Shown here: positions 1 through 11,550 of the stretch, one piece after another
How the letters are laid out: each line of letters opens with the position of its first letter
Numbering within the stretch: the stretch's first letter is position 1
Assembly: GCA_951406725.2 (NCBI GenBank)
Contig: OX597835.1
Coordinates: 3,906,001-3,970,000 of the forward strand
Direction of reading: 5' to 3'
DNA length: 64,000 bases
Origin: Octopus vulgaris
Lineage: Eukaryota
Program-made: the position numbers and the translations under genes
The notes under the pieces: generated by a model
Databases searched by the model: none
What the model was told of the DNA's origin: nothing
The model's input: the letters and a program-made list of their open reading frames with translations, nothing else

Positions 1-163
1 TTTAAAGAATTTGGAAGTAAATTTTTTTTGCTTTTTCAAAGTCGACACAGAAAACAGCTTTTGGATGGAAGTTGTAAAATATATCGTCATGTATGACTAG
101 AGAGTTTGCTTAAAGCTGTACTTGACGTACGGAACCAGTCAGTATTGTAACTCAGGAATTTTC

Positions 164-213
164 CATTCCACCTTTATTTGGAATTATGCATTCCACCTTT
201 ATTTGGAATTATG
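164..213 (-). promoter_or_regulatory. 25-bp tandem duplication in P5CS 3' UTR, each copy carrying AATAAA (candidate poly(A) signals)
   Basis: cattccacctttatttggaattatg x2; tttatt at 173-178 and 198-203. Confidence 0.45.
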
Positions 214-691
214 CTCTTCTCATTTAATCAGGAGAAAAAAAAAAAAAAAAAATCATATTTTATTTTAGCTGCAGACATTAATGTAGATTAAAACTAAAGG
301 TGTTACCATAGCAATATTCAATTAATTATTGTTGTTGTTCTTCTTCTTAGTGTTACAGCTGTCTTTATTAAAACTGTTTTTATGAGTTTTTTTTTTTTAT
401 AAAAATTTGGTTTTGTGGTTGTTGGTGTTGTTGTTCTTCGCTATGGCTGTTGTAAATTCTGTGACAGCTTCTGTTGTTGTTCTTGTGTTTATAGTTGTTC
501 ATAAGCGTTGCTGTTCTCAAACTTTTCCTTACTATGAGGCTTGTTGTTGTTGTTGTTGTTTGTTTTTCTTAAAGCTGTTATTGTTATTATCACTTCTATG
601 TTTGATGTTGTTGTTGTTGTTTGTCTTTCATGTAAACCTGTTCCCAAGAAACTCCGCCAGGCGCATGTGACCCACCAGAGTCCAAGGTTGA

Positions 692-858
692 CTATTCCTT
701 GACTGGAATGCTTTCGTGGGCATACGATAGTTTCCCAGTGGAAAAGTCAGAAACTGTTTGACCTTCTCCCCTTAGGACCCATTTTGTGGTCAGTAACCCT
801 TCAACTCCAACAGGGCCCCTTGCGTGGATACGACTTGTACTGATTCCAACCTCAGCCC
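692..858 (-). CDS. ALDH18A1: P5CS last coding exon with TAG stop
   Basis: [55 protein letters not shown]; ttttcAG acceptor. Confidence 0.95.
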
Positions 859-1782
859 CTGAAAAAATAACAAGGGTACATCATTTATAAAAATATAATA
901 GTTTTAATTTCTGATTTAATTGAAAGTAAGATGTCTGGCAAGTGCTACCAGTCGAGAACTCCGCATACCGGAAGCCAGCAAGTGTATGGGGTCATCAGAA
1001 GAGAATGCGCGCCGTTTCGGGGCCAACCTCTCGACGGCATCAATGTGCCCCCCCCCCACTGATATGAGGCCCTGCTTGCTAGATCAACTGGTTATTAAAT
1101 AATGCTCACTATCAACTAATTAATTACACACAATGAAATTATCAAATTCTTCAAAAAAACTCTCCTGCTGTGGAATATTTATGGACAACACAGATTATCA
1201 CCACTTTCTTTCAATTCCAGATTCTGAGACCCCGTTCGGTCACGACACAGACCATGGGATTGCACCTAGAAAGTTACCCTCCCAGGCTCAAGTCCAGGCA
1301 AGGTTGTTTATGGAAGACTAGCAGTTGCCCATGCATACCGGCCTCCACGCCACCAGTGTTATCCAAAGGAAAGGCAACGGCCAATACAGCTTGGCACCAG
1401 TGATGTCACAACTCCTTTCTACAGCTGAGTGAACTGGAGCAACGTGAAATAAAGTGTCTTACTCAAGAACACAACACACAGCCCGGTTTGGGATTCGAGC
1501 TCACAAGCTCACGATCGTAAGCTCGACGCTTTAACCACTGAGCCATGTGCCTTCACTATTCCAGATTAGATCTTAATTAATTAATTAATTACAAAAGTGA
1601 TGATGTAATTTTGCTGAGTCAGTTATCAATAGCAAAATTTTGGAATGTTGTTGATGATATCATTGGTGTGTTAGTTGCTCCATATTGACACAGATAAGTG
1701 GTTAGAGTAAGAGTAGACTAGTGTAACAATAAACTAATATAACTGAATCTGTGCAAAACAGAGAGAAGATATGGTTACTTAC

Positions 1783-1878
1783 CTAATCCAAACCTGTATC
1801 CATCAGAAAAACGTGTGCTAATATTATGGAAAACACACGCACTGTCCACTGTTTTCAAAAATCTTTCAGCCACAGCAG
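1783..1878 (-). CDS. ALDH18A1: P5CS coding exon 13
   Basis: [32 protein letters not shown]; ccacAG / GTAAGT. Confidence 0.96.
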
Positions 1879-2289
1879 CTGTGGAATAGAGAAATGGAAC
1901 ATTAGAACATGAAAACAATAGCAAAGTTCCATGTAAAAAGCGCTGTCCACTCTGTAAGGTGGTTGGCGTTAGGAAGGGCACCCAACCATAAAAAACCATG
2001 CCAAAACAGACAGTGAAGCCTGGTGCAGTCTTCAATCTAGCCGGCTCCTGACAAACCATCCAACCCATGCCAGCATGAAAAACAGACGTTAAATCATGAT
2101 GATGATAATGATGACATATTAATTATTGATCTTATTAATCACAAGGTCAACTTTGTCTGACCCCCTTCTAAAACAGTAGGAGTGTGGTGGGAAGAAATCT
2201 GGTTGTTGTTTTTAGAAGGTTAAGCAACCATGCAGAGTTTCCCTGACTTATTAGAAGTCATGATGGTGTACACATGTTGATGCAGAGAT

Positions 2290-3236
2290 ATATGCCTTAG
2301 GTCTGCTGCTGGTAACAAAGGGCCTCTCACTCAAAGTGAAAGGTAGACTGTAAGATGCATGTGTGCACACAGCCATGCTACACAGCTGTGAAAATTGGGC
2401 TGTGACTGCTGAGGACATGCATAAGCTTGCAAGAAATGAAGCTATTATGCTCCACTGGATGTGTAATGTCAGTGTGCATACACAACAGAGTGGAAGCACC
2501 CTGAGAGAAAAGTTGGGAATAAGAAGCATCAGATGTGGTGTGTAAGAGAGACGACTGAGCTGGTTTGGTCATGTGTTGTATATGGATGAGGACAGGTGGT
2601 GTGTGGAAAAGTGGAGGAAACCTGTCGAAGTGGTAGACCCAGGAAGACTTGGGATGAGGGGGTGAAGTGTGACCTTCGACTGTTGGGCCTCATGGAAGTA
2701 ATGACAAGTGACTTTGGAGATATGTTGTGCTTGAGAAGACCTGACAAGCCAAGTGAGACTGTAGCCATGGTCTATGCCAGTGTCACATAACCGGCCCATT
2801 TAAGAGTATCCTTCAATCATTGGGCAATAAACTGTGCTTGAGAAGACCTGTTGAGTGATGTGAAATTATTGTTGTGGCCGATGCCAGTACCACCTGACTG
2901 GCACCTGTGCTGGTGGCACGTAAAAAGCAGCATACGATCACGGTCAATGCCAGTGACGCCCGACTAGTCCCATGCCGGTGGCATGTAAAAAGAACCATTT
3001 GGGTGTGGTCGATGCCAGGACCACCTGACTGGCTCCTGTGCCGGTGACCCGTAAAAAGCACCCACTATACTCTCAGAGTGGTTAGCGTTAGGAAGGGCAT
3101 CCAGCTGTAGAAACCTTGCCAGATCAGACTGGAGCCTGGTACAGCCTTCTGGTTTGCCAGTCCTTAGTCAAACCGTCCAACCAATGCCAGCATAGAAAGC
3201 GGACGTTAAACAATGATGTTGATGATGAGGATGATG
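2290..3236 (+). mobile_element. RTE-type LINE 3' fragment (decayed RT C-terminus) followed by family D 3' UTR and (GAT)n tail
   Basis: TAMLHSCENWAV...MLHWMC...LREKLGIRSI, RLSWFGHV, GRPRKTW motifs with stops. Confidence 0.85.
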
Positions 3237-3744
3237 CTTTAGTTCAGTAACATATATTTCTAGGGATTTGGGGAGTTTTGATTTTATTTATTTTAGTTTT
3301 TTGAAGAAACCTAACTTCAAATACCTTTTTACAGATCAATGTTTAAACACTATTTTCTAAGCCTGAGAAAGGTAAGTAGGTGGTGCAATATTGAATTTTG
3401 CACCCCAACAAAATTTTAGGAGGGGCAAGTGCGCCCCATACACCCCCTATTTCCGGCCCCTTGGACAAGGAAGTTCCTTTGTCAAGCTGCGACAAAAACG
3501 GTCGACATTTACAAACATTATTTCTGTAGCCATATAAAAGTAAATTACTATGTCGATTGGAATCACCGTGTCAAGGGGAATAACATCTCAAGGGGAATAA
3601 CCGTGTGAAGGGAAATAATTCCTTACAACTTTCATAAGCATTTCCTATTGGCTTCGTCAACTGAGCAAGTAATTAACGATAATTAACAGTCAGCAGAATC
3701 CACGTGAAAGCTAATTAGAAAGTCAGAGAGTCAATTCCAATTCT

Positions 3745-3956
3745 TATTTCTTTATTTCTTTATTTCCCACAAGGGGCTAAACACAGAGGAGACAAACAAG
3801 GACAGACAAAGGGCTTAAGTCGATTACATCGACTCCAGGACGTAACTGGTACTTAATTTATCGACCCCGAAAGGATGAAAGGCAAAGTGGACCTCAGCGG
3901 AATTTGAACTCAGAACATAATGGCAGACGAAATACCGCTAAGCATTTCGCCCAGTG
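3745..3956 (-). mobile_element. SINE family B, slightly 5'-truncated, 15-bp TSD
   Basis: TSD gtcaattccaattct at 3730-3744 and 3957-3971. Confidence 0.88.
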
Positions 3957-4522
3957 GTCAATTCCAATTCTATCAGTGGTCATTGGGTGGCTTTAGTGAA
4001 GTCCGATTTATTTCAGCCATTCAAGCCAGGTCATCTTCTTCTTTCCAGTCTCAGGAGCCCTAAAAAGAGCCCTTCCTTTTCTGACTAAAACATGAAAAAT
4101 TAAGAAGCTTACTTCCCAACCACATAGTCCTGGGTTCAATTCCACTGAGTGGCACTTTGAGCAAGTTGTCTTCTACTGTAGCCTCAGGCTGAGCAAATCT
4201 TGTGAGTGGATTTGGTTGATGGAAACTGGAAAAAGCCTGTCATGTATGTATATGTGTATGTATGTGTGTCTGTGTTTGTCCCCCCACCACCCACCACCAT
4301 TGCTTGACAACTAATGTTGGAGTGTTTACGTCCCTGTAACTTAGCAGCTCAGCAAAACAGACCAATAGAATAAGTACTAGGCTTACAAAGAATAAGTCCT
4401 GGGGTCGATTTCTTCAACTAAAATCCTTTAAGGTGGTGCTCTATGAGGGCCACAGTCAAATGACTGAAACATGTAAAAGAATAAAAGAAATAGATAAAAT
4501 CAGATGCCAAAGTTCATCTTAC

Positions 4523-4709
4523 CATTCTTTGTGAGGATAGACTCTGTGTGAGCGCTACCGTATTTGTGTATGTGAGAAATAGCATCATCGACATCGTCTA
4601 CAATTTCAACAGCACACTCTAAGCAACTGTATTCCATATTCATCCGAACTGCTGGAGAAGGGCCAAACTTCAGCAGGCTTGTTAAACGAGGACCAGCGTG
4701 AACTTTTAC
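4523..4709 (-). CDS. ALDH18A1: P5CS coding exon 12
   Basis: VKVHAGPRL...EYSCLECAVEIVDDVDDAISHIHKYGSAHTESILTKN; ttacAG / GTAAGA. Confidence 0.96.
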
Positions 4710-4770
4710 CTGTAAACAGAGGTTGTAAAAAGGGTTGCTGACATGATGCAAGCAGGAACACCTAGACATC

Positions 4771-5200
4771 CCAGACTGTCAACACTTACACGTTCCAGAC
4801 CGTCAACACTTACACATTCCAGACCATCAACACTTACACATTCCAGACCGTCAACACTTACATATTCCAGACCGTCAACACTTACATGTTCCAGACCGTC
4901 AACACTTACACATTCCAGACCGTCAACACTTACACATTCCAGACCGTCAACACTTACACATTCCAGACCGTCAATGCTTACACATTCCAGACCGTCAACA
5001 CTTACACATTCCAGACCGTCAACACTTACACATTCCAGACCGTCAACACTTACACATTCCAGACCGTCAACAATTACACATTCCAGACCTTCAACACTTA
5101 CACATTCTAGACCGTCAACACTTACACATTCCAGACCGTCAACAATTACACATTTCAGACCGTCAACACTTACGCATTCCAGACCGTCAACACTTACACA
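4771..5200. repeat. 24-bp minisatellite, ~18 copies, in a P5CS intron
   Basis: Unit ccagaccgtcaacacttacacatt; accounts for the spurious HSRPSTLT ORF. Confidence 0.97.
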
Positions 5201-5261
5201 CTGTCATTAGTACAATTATGTTGTTTTTTTTTTAATTTCTCAAAAATCTGTCAACACTTAC

Positions 5262-5383
5262 ATTTTCCATCTTAAACATTTCAAATATTTTATCAAATAA
5301 ATCAGATCTGAAGAGTTGTCGGTGTATAAGGAGTGTTTCCATAGCGTTACAAGCTGCAGGATAATCACATTTAGAGTCTTTCA
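5262..5383 (-). CDS. ALDH18A1: P5CS coding exon 11 (catalytic Cys motif; not in ORF track)
   Basis: [41 protein letters not shown]; ttccAG / GTAAGT. Confidence 0.95.
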
Positions 5384-6390
5384 CTGGAAAGAAACAAAGA
5401 AAGAAGCAAGTCTCAGTAATGGTAAAAGCTGGAATCTAAGGAAATGGTTGTGATGAGGACAGTAGCAACCTCTTCACTGCCAGGTAAGTGGTTTACTCAT
5501 TGGTATGCATATCCCAGTTTTACAATAGGTAGACCATATATATATATATAAGGCAAATAAGAAAATGGAGAGGATAATCAATTGACAAACATCACCCTAT
5601 AGACATTCATTCATATCTGTTTATTAATTGATTACAATCATATGAATAAGAAATCCAAATAAACAAATGAATAAGAATAAATGAGTGAAAAAAATACGAA
5701 GCTCTTAACAGCTGTTTCTACTATGGCATGATGTGGAAAACTTGGCAGAGTGGTTGGCATTTGGAAGGGCATCCAGCTGTAAAAACCTTACCAAAACTGA
5801 CTTCACCTGTACTTGTGCCATGTAAAAAGCACCAAGTCCACTCTGCAGGGTGGTTGGTGTTAGGAAGGGCATCCAGCTGTAAAAAATCCTGCCAAAAACA
5901 GTCCCAGAAGTCTGGTGCAGGTTTCTGCCTGGTTGGCTCCTGTCAAACTGTCCCACCCATGCCAGCATGGAAGATGGACATTAAACAATGATGAAGATGA
6001 TACATATATGGTAAAATAGGGGTTTAAAATGCACCAAATTTATATATATGTTTTCATATAAAAGTTTTTCTGTAAAACTATAAGTGCATGTTTTCACAAA
6101 GTGAGTTTCACATGGAAAAAGAGAATCACGTTTTACTGAAAAGTTTCCATGTATAAAAAAACAGTTTTACTCAATAAATTTTAATGTTTGTTTTATATTT
6201 ATGTAGTATAAACTGTTTGACTCAGTTCCCCAACTTAAAGTTCTGTGGGCAGATAGGACATGCCCAACTCCTCAGATGCTAAGAGCAGAATCAGCTCCTA
6301 ACATCCAATGAGGTGATGAATGGGTCCCGTGCACCCACAAAATTTCAAGTCACGTGCAACTGAATCAAATTGTTATTAAAAATACATATA

Positions 6391-6800
6391 GGTGTAGGAG
6401 TGGCTGTGTGGTAAGTAGCTTGCTTACCAACCACATGGTTCCGGGTTCAGTCCCACTGTGTGGCACCTTGGGCAAGTGTCTTCTGCTATAGCCTCAGGTT
6501 GACCGAAGCCTTGTGAATGGATTTGGTAGACGAAAACTGAAAGAAGCCTGTCGTATATATGTATATATATTTGTATGTGTGTGTATATGTTTGTGTGTCT
6601 ATGTTTGTCCTCCAACATCGCTCGACAACCGATGCTGATGTGTTTACGTCCTCGTAACTTAGCGGTTCGGCAAAAGAGACCGATAGAATAAGTACTAGGC
6701 TTACAAAGAATAAGTCCTGGGGTCGATTTGCTCGACTAAAGGTGGTGCTCCAGCATGGCCGCAGTCAAATGACTGAAACAAGTAAAAGAGTAAAGAGTAA
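6391..6800 (+). mobile_element. Full-length tRNA-derived SINE, family A (internal TA/TG tract, agtaaa tail)
   Basis: A box tggctgtgtgg, B box ggttcagtccc; many near-identical copies in the window. Confidence 0.9.
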
Positions 6801-7161
6801 CTCTAACTTTCTTTCATTTGTTCCCTCACTTGTGTGTGTGTGTGTGTGTGTGCGTGCGTGTGTGCGTGTGTATATGCATGCATGTGTGTGTACACACATG
6901 CACACACACAGACACACACAGATACATAGCTGTGCACCACACGAACCATGCTGAGCTACTCAACATGGTAAAAACTTGATGAAATTAAAAGCCACGAAAT
7001 TCATTATTTTTAATTAAATTGTTAATTAATACAAAGTGTTAGCACTTGTAAACTCCATTGGAGTTTTAAGATTTTCTCATCAGCAAAGAAGAACATTCAT
7101 TCAATCCATTCAAAGCAGCATCAAATTCAAAAACCATAATCAAAGAGGACATTAGTCTCAC

Positions 7162-7357
7162 CAATATCAATAACTTTTTCGGGATCAGCATCTTTATCAA
7201 TATACACGTGACATACACCTTCACTGTGGCCCAGCACTGGGATTCCTTTGCTCATATCTTGAATCTTGGAGACAAGTTCATTAGATCCTCTTGGAATAAC
7301 AAGATCGATATATTCATCAAGTGTCATCAAATCTTCAATGTCTTCTCGTCGGCTCAC
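7162..7357 (-). CDS. ALDH18A1: P5CS coding exon 10
   Basis: [25 protein letters not shown]...[16 protein letters not shown]...; cttcAG / GTGAGA. Confidence 0.96.
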
Positions 7358-7374
7358 CTGAAGAGATAGATATT

Positions 7375-7531
7375 TATTTCTTTACTACCCACAAGGGGCT
7401 AAACACAGAGGGGACAAACAAGGACAGACAAACGGATTAAGTCGATTATATCGACCCCAGTGCGTAACTGGTAATTAATTTATCGACCCCGAAAGGATGA
7501 AAGGCAAAGTTGACCTTGGCGGAATTTGAAA
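7375..7531 (-). mobile_element. 5'-truncated SINE family B inserted in the acceptor region of P5CS exon 10
   Basis: TSD tgaagagatagatatt at 7359-7374 and 7532-7547. Confidence 0.9.
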
Positions 7532-7540
7532 TGAAGAGAT

Positions 7541-7680
7541 AGATATTAAGAAGGATTAGATCACTCACTCCCTGATTCATAAGAAGGATTCAATCTGTCT
7601 TCCCCTGATACATTAAAAAGGATTAGACTAGTCATCACCTGATACATTAAGAAGGATTAGATCAGTCGCTGCCTGATATA
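7541..7680. repeat. Degenerate ~33-35-bp tandem repeat, ~4 copies
   Basis: Recurring cctgatacattaagaaggattaga. Confidence 0.75.
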
Positions 7681-7896
7681 TCATCACATCTCATAATTTG
7701 GTCAACTGTTGATTCAGTGGAAATATTCGTCACTGATCTTCTTTTCAATCATTACAGCACAAAGTAATTAACACAAAACAATTAGTACAATGTAACACTG
7801 TGTGTGTGTGTATATATATATATAAGTGGAGGCGCAATGGCCCAGTGGTTAGGGCACACACACAATATTATACTATATATATATATATATATATAT

Positions 7897-8233
7897 TTCT
7901 TTCGTGACCGACCAGGCTATCAGATGTTGTTACACATCGCTGGTCACAATGCACTTCGCATTGTTTTAGCCTTCAAATGATGCCACCCTGCTGGCGAAGT
8001 GAGCAGGCCAAAAGAAGAAAGAGTAAGAGAAAGTTGTAGTGAAAGAGTACAGCAGGGATCGCCACCACCCCTTGCTGGAGCCTCGTGGAGCTTAAGGTGT
8101 TTTCGCTCAATAAACACTCAATAAACACTCATTTTTCGCTCAATAAACACTCACAACGCCCGGTCTGGGAATTGAAACCACGATCCCACGACCGTGAGTC
8201 CGCTGCCCTAACCACTGGGCCATTGCGCCTCCA
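7897..8233 (-). mobile_element. SINE family C copy
   Basis: Reverse complement of gtggaggcgcaatggcccagtggttagggcagcggactc. Confidence 0.8.
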
Positions 8234-8399
8234 CATATAGGGTAACATTTAGCAATATATTAAGGTTTAAAATATATACAATAATTGAGGACATGTGCAT
8301 AAACATTGAAGTACATATATGCAAACACACACACACACATGCAGATAACCATATATCCCACCCCCCGAGAAATATGCAAAGAAATGCTTCAATACTTAC

Positions 8400-8537
8400 A
8401 AGGGACACTGTTTCCTTTGGTACGTAAGGCTCCAGTGCATCTTGCACCAATTCTTGTAGAAGTTTGTTACTATTTGAAGCTTCTTTTCCACCTTTTAACA
8501 ACAAACCATTGGCGCTGGCAATGGCAAGGGCCGCAAC
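8400..8537 (-). CDS. ALDH18A1: P5CS coding exon 9
   Basis: [46 protein letters not shown]; tttcAG / GTAAGT. Confidence 0.96.
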
Positions 8538-8687
8538 CTGAAAGATATTTTCAAAATAGAATGACATAAATAAAACAGTAAAACAGGGTTGTGTAAAGGC
8601 GCTTGGGCCTAGTGGTTAGGGTGTTGTGCTCGTAATCATAAGATTGTGGGTTCAATTCCAGGAATGGGTGGCACAGGAGTGAATATA

Positions 8688-9590
8688 GGCGCAGGAGCAG
8701 CTGTGTGGTAAGTAGCTTGCTTACCAACCACATGGTTCCGGGTTCATTCCCACAGCGTGGCACCTTGGGCAAGTGTCTTCTACTATAGCCTCGGGCCAAC
8801 CAAAGCCTTGTAAGTGGATTTGGTAGATGGAAACTGAAAGAAGCCCGTCATAAGAGTAAATAAGAGAGACAGAGACAGGCAGAAACAAGGAAAATGCCCC
8901 TTGTATTTGAATACTATACAAATATTCTTTTAAAAAACTTTTCTTTTAATTTTTCTAAATTTAATTATTTAATTGTTACAGTTGAAAAAGTCTCAATGAC
9001 TGAAACCGGTACTAAAATGTTTTTTATAAAATTATTTTAGCATTTTCTATCTTGACTTTTTTCCATATATATATATATCATCATCATCATCATCATCATC
9101 ATTTAGCGTCCGTGATGATGATGATGATGATGATATATATATATATATGGAAATATATATATATATATATAATACAAAATGGGACAAGAACGCAAAACAT
9201 CCGGACAACTAGGTGATACAAAAAGGGGACAACAAAACATCCAGATAGACGATACAAAGAAAACAAGGACGGGTCATTCGAAGTTTTCTATCTTCAGTCA
9301 AGAACCAGATTATCCTTGCAATTTCGGCTGATTATTCTTGAGATTGCTCCAATCTGGCCAGCCCTGTGTATGTGTGTGTATATGTTTGTGTGTCTGTGTT
9401 TGTCTCCCCAATATCACTTGACAACTGATGGTGGTGTGTTTACGTCCCCGTAACTTAGCAGTTTAGCAAAAGAGACCGACAGAATAAGTACTAGGCTTAC
9501 AAAGAATAAGTCCTGGGGGTCGATTTGCTTGACAAAAGGCAATGCTCCAGCATGGCCACAGTCAAATGACTGAAACGAGTAAAGGAGAAA
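8688..9590 (+). mobile_element. SINE family A head and body separated by ~500 bp of nested repeat fragments
   Basis: Head 8688-8850, body/tail 9365-9590. Confidence 0.75.
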
Positions 9591-9674
9591 AGCGAAAAAA
9601 CACAGACACAGAAACACACACACACATACACACACACACATACATACATATATATATATATATATACATATATA

Positions 9675-9837
9675 CGACGGGCTTCTTTCAGTTTCCGTCT
9701 ACCAAATCCACTCACAAGGCTTTGGTCAGCCCGAGGCTATAGTAGAAGACACTTGCCCAAGGTGCCACTCAGTGGGACTGAACCCGGAACCATGTGATTG
9801 GTAAGCAAGCTACTTACCACACAGCCACTCCTGCGCC
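9675..9837 (-). mobile_element. SINE family A head
   Basis: Reverse complement of ggcgcaggagtggctgtgtgg...gaagcccgtcg. Confidence 0.88.
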
Positions 9838-9927
9838 TATATTTAACTCTTTTAAGCAAATCCCAATGAATGGACAACATTACTTAAATAGGGGCTTTCT
9901 CTTGAAAGTAAGGAAAGGGTTGTTTAC

Positions 9928-10145
9928 CTGTGGCAAAGCATCAGGGCGGGATTCAAAGATCACAAGCAGCACTCCAACAGGTACCGTGATTTGCTTCAAG
10001 TCAAGTCCATCAGCAATGTTTGAGTGTCGAATGACACGACCGACAATATCTTCAGAAGTGGCAGCAATCTGTCGAAGACCTCCAGCTAAAACATTCAGCT
10101 TCTCTTTAGTGAGTTTCAGCCGGGCAATCATGGGAGCAGACAATC
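9928..10145 (-). CDS. ALDH18A1: P5CS coding exon 8
   Basis: [12 protein letters not shown]...GLRQIAA...[21 protein letters not shown]; cattAG / GTAAAC. Confidence 0.95.
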
Positions 10146-10469
10146 CTAATGAGGAGAAGTCACAATGATTAGAAAATAGCTGTCTTGTTTGTTTTAAATA
10201 TACATTTTTAAGAAAGAAAAAAAAGACATTTGATAGCAAGATAAAATAACATCTAATAACTTCATAATGATTTGCATCTCCCACATATTAACCCTCTCGT
10301 TACCGTATTTCTGTTGAGATGCTTTGTGTTTCTTTCAATTAATTTTAAATATAACAAAGAATTTAGTAAAATAACTTCGTTATCATTCAGCTAGTGTTAG
10401 GAACATAAATTGTGACTAAGGTTTGGTGAAAGATTTTAATTCAAAACTTATGAAAACAAGACATTTGTA

Positions 10470-10622
10470 CTTGGTGATCCCAGCTTCTAGCGACATTTTC
10501 GGCCTTATCTGCTTAAGAACTTCTCCATTGGTGAGCCTCGCTGTCCATGGAATCTGCAAAAGTCTTCTCCAACACCAAAGCTCGAAAGCATTAATTCTCT
10601 TCTGGTCAGCTTTCTTAAAAAG
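10470..10622 (-). mobile_element. RTE/BovB-like LINE fragment
   Basis: KRINAFELWCWRRLLQIPWTARLTN, the typical RTE-BovB C-terminal signature. Confidence 0.85.
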
Positions 10623-10956
10623 CACTGGTGATGGTGCCATGTAAAAATCACACAGTACACTCTGTGAAGTGGTGGGCATTAGGAAGGACAACCAGCTGTA
10701 TGAACCAAGCCAAAACAGACAATGGGACCTGGTGTGGATCCGGAGGTTGTGAGCTCCTGTCAAACCATCCAGTCCATGCCAGTGTGGAAAACAAATGTCA
10801 AATGATGAGGATAAGGATGAGGATGATGATGATAACAGATATTTCAAAAGATGCTGTGTTCAGACAGCTAACAACTGATGTGGGTAGTTTTACATAAATT
10901 TTATAGAATTTTATATAACATCACCGAGATATCAACAAGAAATAAAGGTTACCAAC

Positions 10957-11100
10957 CAGTCATTTCTGCTTCGAGAACGTCTTTTCTGTTGGCCTGGAGG
11001 ATTTCGTCTTTGCGGTCAATCAAGGAATTGGCAAGTCTGTAGATGATGTCAGCTCTTTCTTTTGGTGTGATCGTTTGCAACAAACGACTGCCTTCGCGTG
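10957..11100 (-). CDS. ALDH18A1: P5CS coding exon 7 (not in ORF track)
   Basis: AREGSRLLQTITPKERADIIYRLANSLIDRKDEILQANRKDVLEAEMT; ttacAG / GTTGGT, phase 1-1. Confidence 0.92.
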
Positions 11101-11387
11101 CTGTAAACAATAATTATGGTCTTGTAAAACGTTATCAATATCTATATGACTTTCTACACGAACACACACACACACACACACACGCATACACACATATATG
11201 CATGTGTGTGTGTGTGAATATGTAGTTTTGAGATATTTCTTTTTTTATGGCTTGCATTAATGAACAACAGCACTGGCCCATAACTGGTTCTCTGCGTTTC
11301 TATGGAAACAAGGCCGAGTGATGCTTGTGCACTCAGCCTCTCACCTCTATCTCATTGGCTGAGATAGATCATGTGACAGTCTCTCTC

Positions 11388-11550
11388 TTTTACTCTCTCT
11401 TTTACTTGTTTCAGTCATTTGACTGTGGCCATGCTGGAGCACCGCCTTTAGTCAAGCAAATCGACCCCAGGACTTATTCTTTGTAAGCCTAGTACTTATT
11501 CTATCAGTCTCTTTTGCTGAACCACTAAGTTACGGGGACGTAAACACACA
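11388..11550 (-). mobile_element. SINE family A 3' half
   Basis: cttgtttcagtcatttgactgtggccatgctggagcaccgcc. Confidence 0.85.

Noticed and set aside
407-670. Hydrophobic 87-aa membrane protein
   Set aside because: (TTG)n-rich antisense of the P5CS 3' UTR with a non-ATG start
4743-5210. 155-aa HSRPSTLT repeat protein
   Set aside because: Translation of a 24-bp minisatellite, antisense within a P5CS intron
9060-9153. miRNA-like hairpin (ATC)n/(GAT)n
   Set aside because: Foldback of a retroposon microsatellite tail and TA run; low complexity
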